Source: Vicinamibacteria bacterium
GTDB taxonomy: Bacteria > Acidobacteriota > Vicinamibacteria > Marinacidobacterales > Marinacidobacteraceae
Reading direction: 5' to 3'
NCBI GenBank assembly: GCA_963668695.2
Contig: CAXXLQ010000004.1
Location: forward strand, 2,048,001 to 2,112,000
DNA: 64,000 nucleotides
Shown here: positions 60,338 through 64,000 of the stretch, one piece after another
Layout of the letters: the number at the start of each line of letters is the position of its first letter
Position numbering within the stretch: the first letter of the stretch is position 1
Program-made: the position numbers and the translations under genes
Notes under the pieces: generated by a model
The model's database searches: none
Told to the model about the DNA's origin: nothing
What the model saw: the letters and a program-made list of their open reading frames with translations, nothing else

Positions 60338-60465
60338 CCGCGACGGCGCCCGATAGGGACCGCTCGCCCCCGCCCGGCATCGCCCCCGCCCGGCATCGCC
60401 CCCCAAGGGCATCGCTCCCGCCCGGGCCAAAACGCACATGCCGCCCACGCTCACGGCCGGCAACC

Positions 60466-60524
60466 GCGGCGACTTTTCCACATCTACCCCCGGACGCGGG
60501 AAGAAACGGACCCGGTTTCCGTCT
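60466..60524 (+). promoter_or_regulatory. 59-bp conserved non-coding motif, copy 2
   Basis: Colinear match to 37281-37339. Confidence 0.45.
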
Positions 60525-60570
60525 GTATCCGTAAGGACGGCGTTTGCCGTTCGAACGGAGGAAACACGAC

Positions 60571-61062
60571 TTGCCACGAACCCAACCAACCGACCCCGAA
60601 TCCCAGCCCGTCGCGGCATCCGCTGACAATCCCGCGCGCCGTCCCACTCCGGGCACCGCGACCGATACCCCCACGCCTTCCGGGCCCGAACGACCGGACA
60701 GCGCCCTGTTCCGCGTTCTTCTGGCTGCTGGCGGAGACCCGATGACTACCTATACTGCGATGAAGGAAATGGAAGTCATGGTCGGCCACGGTGTCGTCGC
60801 CCAGCTTGGCGACCAGATCCAGGTGCTTGCCGCGACACTCGACAGGGTGGAGAACAACCTCGCGACGGTCAAGACGGATCTCGCGACGGTCAAGACGGAT
60901 CTCGCGACGGTCAAGACGGATCTCGGGACGGTCAAGACGGATCTCGGGACAGTCAAGACGGATGTGGCGGTGCTCAAGAAAGAGGTCCGCCTGATCTGGG
61001 GCGCCCTCGTCCTGGCGGTTCCGACGCTCACCGCGGTCCTGGTCCGGCTCTTCGGCGGCTGA
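60571..61062 (+). CDS. Heptad-repeat coiled-coil protein with C-terminal TM anchor
   Basis: GGAGG before TTG; L(A/G)TVKTD x5 (21-bp repeats); C-terminal hydrophobic helix. Confidence 0.75.
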   Translation: MPRTQPTDPESQPVAASADNPARRPTPGTATDTPTPSGPERPDSALFRVLLAAGGDPMTTYTAMKEMEVMVGHGVVAQLGDQIQVLAATLDRVENNLATVKTDLATVKTDLATVKTDLGTVKTDLGTVKTDVAVLKKEVRLIWGALVLAVPTLTAVLVRLFGG

Positions 61063-61119
61063 ACGCCCCGGTCGGGCAGGGACCCCCGACCTCCGGCGGC
61101 CATCGCGATCCGCACGCTA

Positions 61120-61420
61120 GGAACGCTGGGCAGTTCTCCCGGTGGGGCCCTTCAGACCGGCATCGCGGCCGAAGGCCGCGAAACTCCCATCGTTATTCCC
61201 CGCATGGCACTACTGGGACTAGGAACTCCCGTCGCCAATCCCCGTATGGCGCCGCCAGGGAAAAGGAGCGCCGGCCCCCCGGCCGTCACCGCGGCCCGCA
61301 GGCCCGGGAACGCTGGGCAGTTCTCCCGGTGGGGCCCTTCAGACCGGCATCGCGCGGGAGCGCGAAACCAGCGCTGATGACGCGCTGCCAGGGAACGCCG
61401 GTGTTCACACCGGCACCGCC
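61120..61420 (+). repeat. Family B repeat cluster
   Basis: cttcagaccggcatcgc copies carrying the 18-bp insert; empty gccggtgttcacaccggc at about 61397. Confidence 0.7.
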
Positions 61421-61451
61421 CGCCGCAGGCGGGCGGACGACGTAACCCCTA

Positions 61452-62025
61452 ACAGCCGGTGGTGGAACCCGGGTGAGCGCCGAGGCCGGGGAGGCCCAGT
61501 TCTCCCGGTGGGGCCAGTTCTCCCGGTGGGGGCCCGGCTGACAAGGCGCGTGAGGGAGGAGCCCCCACCGGGAGAACTGGCCCGGGTGTATTCCGACCGA
61601 GACGCAACGATGAGCGGCGCGCAGCGATGCGGTTCAGCCGGGATGGATCGCCGGCCGAGCCCCCACCGGGAGAACTGGGCCGCGTGGGTTTCACTGCCGG
61701 CTGTCTGGCCGGGATGGATCGCCGGCCGAACTGGGCCGCGTGGGTTTCACTACCGGCTGTTTGGCCGGGATGGATCGCCGGCCGAGCCCCCACCGGGAGA
61801 ACTGGGCCGCGTGGGTTTCACTGCCGGCTGTTTGGCCGGGATGGATCGCCGGCCGAGCCCCCACCGGGAGAACTGGGCCGCGTGGGTTTCACTACCGGCT
61901 GTTTGGCCGGGATGGATCGCCGGCCGAGCCCCCACCGGGAGAACTGGGCCGCGTGGGTTTCACTACCGGTTGTTTGGCGGGATGGATCGCCGCTCGAACG
62001 CCGCGTGGGTTTCGCCACAGGCTGT
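61452..62025. mobile_element. Family A MITE compound array
   Basis: TA-acagccggtgg...ccacaggctgt-TA; about 5 tandem 71-bp units. Confidence 0.85.
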
Positions 62026-62027
62026 TA

Positions 62028-62210
62028 ACAGCCGGTGGTGGAACCCGGGTGAGCGCCGAGAGAGCGGCGAGGCGCCCGGCTGGCAAGGCGCGTGAGGGAG
62101 GAATACCGGGTGTATTTCGACCGAAACGCAACCCAGAACGGAGCGAAGCGGAGTGGTTCAGCCGGGATGGATCGCTGCTCGAACGCCGCCTGGGTTTCAC
62201 CACCGGCTGT
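62028..62210. mobile_element. Family A MITE, minimal 183-bp form without 18-bp inserts
   Basis: acagccggtggtggaacc...ggtttcaccaccggctgt; shares the TA at 62026-62027 with the previous copy. Confidence 0.85.
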
Positions 62211-62562
62211 TCACACCCTTACAGCCCGCGACAGCGGGAACGCCCGCCTCCGACCGGCGCCGCTGCCCGAAGCGCCGCGAAACCGCGTATCGCCGTTCTC
62301 CGGCGGAGGCCGCACGTCGCCAATCCCCGGAAGAGTCCGGCGAAAACCCTCCCCAGCAGAACCGCCCGCCGCCCACCTTCGTTCCCATCCGTGGAGTTCC
62401 TCCCCGTGAAAACCGAACCTTCGAAGGGCTCCGCCGCCCGCCCGCGCGCCGCGCAGAACCGGGGACCCGGCGCACCGCGGCGCGGCTTTCTCCCACCCCC
62501 GAACGGTGCCGCCGACCCGAGGTCCGGCGCCTCTTTTCCCCGCTACAATCCCACCCGGCCGC

Positions 62563-62636
62563 CGGGGCGTGGCTCAGTCTGGCAGAGCACCTGGTTCGGG
62601 ATCAGGGGGTCGCAGGTTCAAATCCTGCCGCCCCGA
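62563..62636 (+). tRNA. tRNA-Pro(CGG)
   Basis: cctgg-TTCGGGA-tcagg anticodon arm; GGTTCAAATCC; TACAAT -10-like box upstream. Confidence 0.95.
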
Positions 62637-62647
62637 CGCGGCCCGTC

Positions 62648-62732
62648 CCCCAGACGGTTCCGGCAGACGGGTTCCCCCAGACGGGTTCCCCCAGACGGGT
62701 TCGGCAGACGGGTTCCGGCAGACGGGTTTCGG
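62648..62732 (+). repeat. Short tandem repeat, cagacgggttcc-type, about 6 copies
   Basis: Directly visible 13-14-bp units. Confidence 0.8.
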
Positions 62733-63178
62733 CCCCGAGGCGGCCACGGCATCCGGCCGTTTCGGACGCATTTTTCCCCGCCCCTTCCCACCCAGGAAAG
62801 GGGTGGTCATTTCGGCACTCACCCATGGTTCAAAACGTGTATATTCCGGCGCTCTTGCCGGAGACAGTTCGTCCCGGCGGGTGCCCTTTTTCTTGCTCTT
62901 GCTTCTTGACATTCCCAAATCGGGTGTGATGGAGTTAGCTCGCATGTTCGCCCTGAGCGCCCCTGCCCATTCATTGGTCAGTGTGCGTTCGGAGCCTTAC
63001 TTCGCTGGGTTCTTGCCCCTTGATCCGGTCGCGCATATACTTGCCGCGCGGTTGGCTGGTGCGGGAACGCGGCGGTTTGCCTTGTCCTACCGAAGGTGGG
63101 AATGAATACACGAGACGGTACTTGGCCCCTCCGGGCTTTGAACTTGTCCCCAACGACCTACTACAGGAGGTAGGCGAA

Positions 63179-64000
63179 ATGACGCAGATCACAAGGAAGT
63201 CGGTCCCCAAGCGCGGGCTGATTCTCCTTCTTGCCATGTTCCTGGGTGCCGGTCTCGTGCTCTCGGGTTGCGGTGATGACGACACCACCACCACGCCGGC
63301 TCCGGCTCCGCCGCCGCCGCCAGCGCCAACTCCGGAACCCGAGCCCGAACCCGAACCCGAACCCGAGCCCGAGCCCGAGCCCGAGCCGACACCTTTCGAG
63401 GTGATGTTCATGATGCCGGACGGCGAAGTCCCGACTACCCGGATGGCGGAGAGGACGACGAGGCCACCGCCATGGCAAGGTCAACTCCGACATGATGGTT
63501 TCGGTGAACATGCCGGCCATCGTGTCGGCGACCTTCGTGAGGGCGCCAGCCCGATCGGCCTGATCCCGGGCGACAACTCGCCGTTCACCTACGTGAGCTG
63601 GAACGCCATGCAGAGCATGGTGGTCACCACCGGCGTCACCTTCGCGGTCCAGGCGGTGGAGATCGGGGCGAACCAGGTTGCGATCCCGATCGGCGACGCC
63701 ACCTTCGTGACCTGCGGTCCTTTCGAGTGCGCCATGGGCATGGACGCGCCGGAGATCTCGATCGCCAACTCGGCGGTCTGCAGCGGCTGGGATCCGACGG
63801 TGGACGCTCCATGTCGGCAAGGTCGACAACGACGTCTTTGACGACAAGCAACGGCGGACAACCGTGACGGACACCGCGGACGACGGGCATTGACCTCGGC
63901 TGGGTGACCAGTTCCACGGCCGCCATGACCGTGAGCACACTTCTCCGGTGTCGCGAAGGGCAGCAACTACAGCGTCCGGCCCGGACGCGTCCGAAGAAGG
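63179..64000 (+). CDS. Lipoprotein with Pro/Glu linker; apparent frameshifts; probably runs past the window end
   Basis: AGGAGG ribosome-binding site; lipobox LSGC; (PE)n tract; protein-like sequence alternates between frames. Confidence 0.65.

Overview
High-GC bacterial chromosome segment (roughly 70% GC by eye). Gene content suggests Acidobacteriota, possibly host-associated, but that is inference only. The housekeeping backbone is lat, a Tat-exported PaoABC-like molybdoenzyme cluster with mocA, thiolase-hbd-recA, amidase-ftsK-uppP, rsmA-trxB-tlpA-purA, ileS-gmk, coaBC-udg-priA, HU/IHF, der, merR and five tRNAs. Between these genes lie small accessory islets: three toxin-antitoxin pairs, two ABC-ATPase + TOPRIM-like-partner pairs (partner broken in both), an AAA/DUF4143 ATPase and several small membrane-anchored coiled-coil proteins. 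Intergenic DNA is dense with non-autonomous repeats, and no transposase, integrase, reverse transcriptase or cas gene is visible. The most unusual signals are: (1) a 1.45-kb array (45440-46889) of about 55 copies of CTCCACGCTG at mostly alternating 21- and 32-bp spacing (2 and 3 helical turns), between two divergent TA operons; (2) an 18-bp non-palindromic unit CCAGTTCTCCCGGTGGGG inserted at many different sites, in both orientations, inside unrelated repeat families, with empty and filled sites both visible; (3) a 59-bp motif shared upstream of two distant coiled-coil mini-genes. All counts were made by hand and are approximate. Some frameshifts (priA, last gene) may be sequencing errors.
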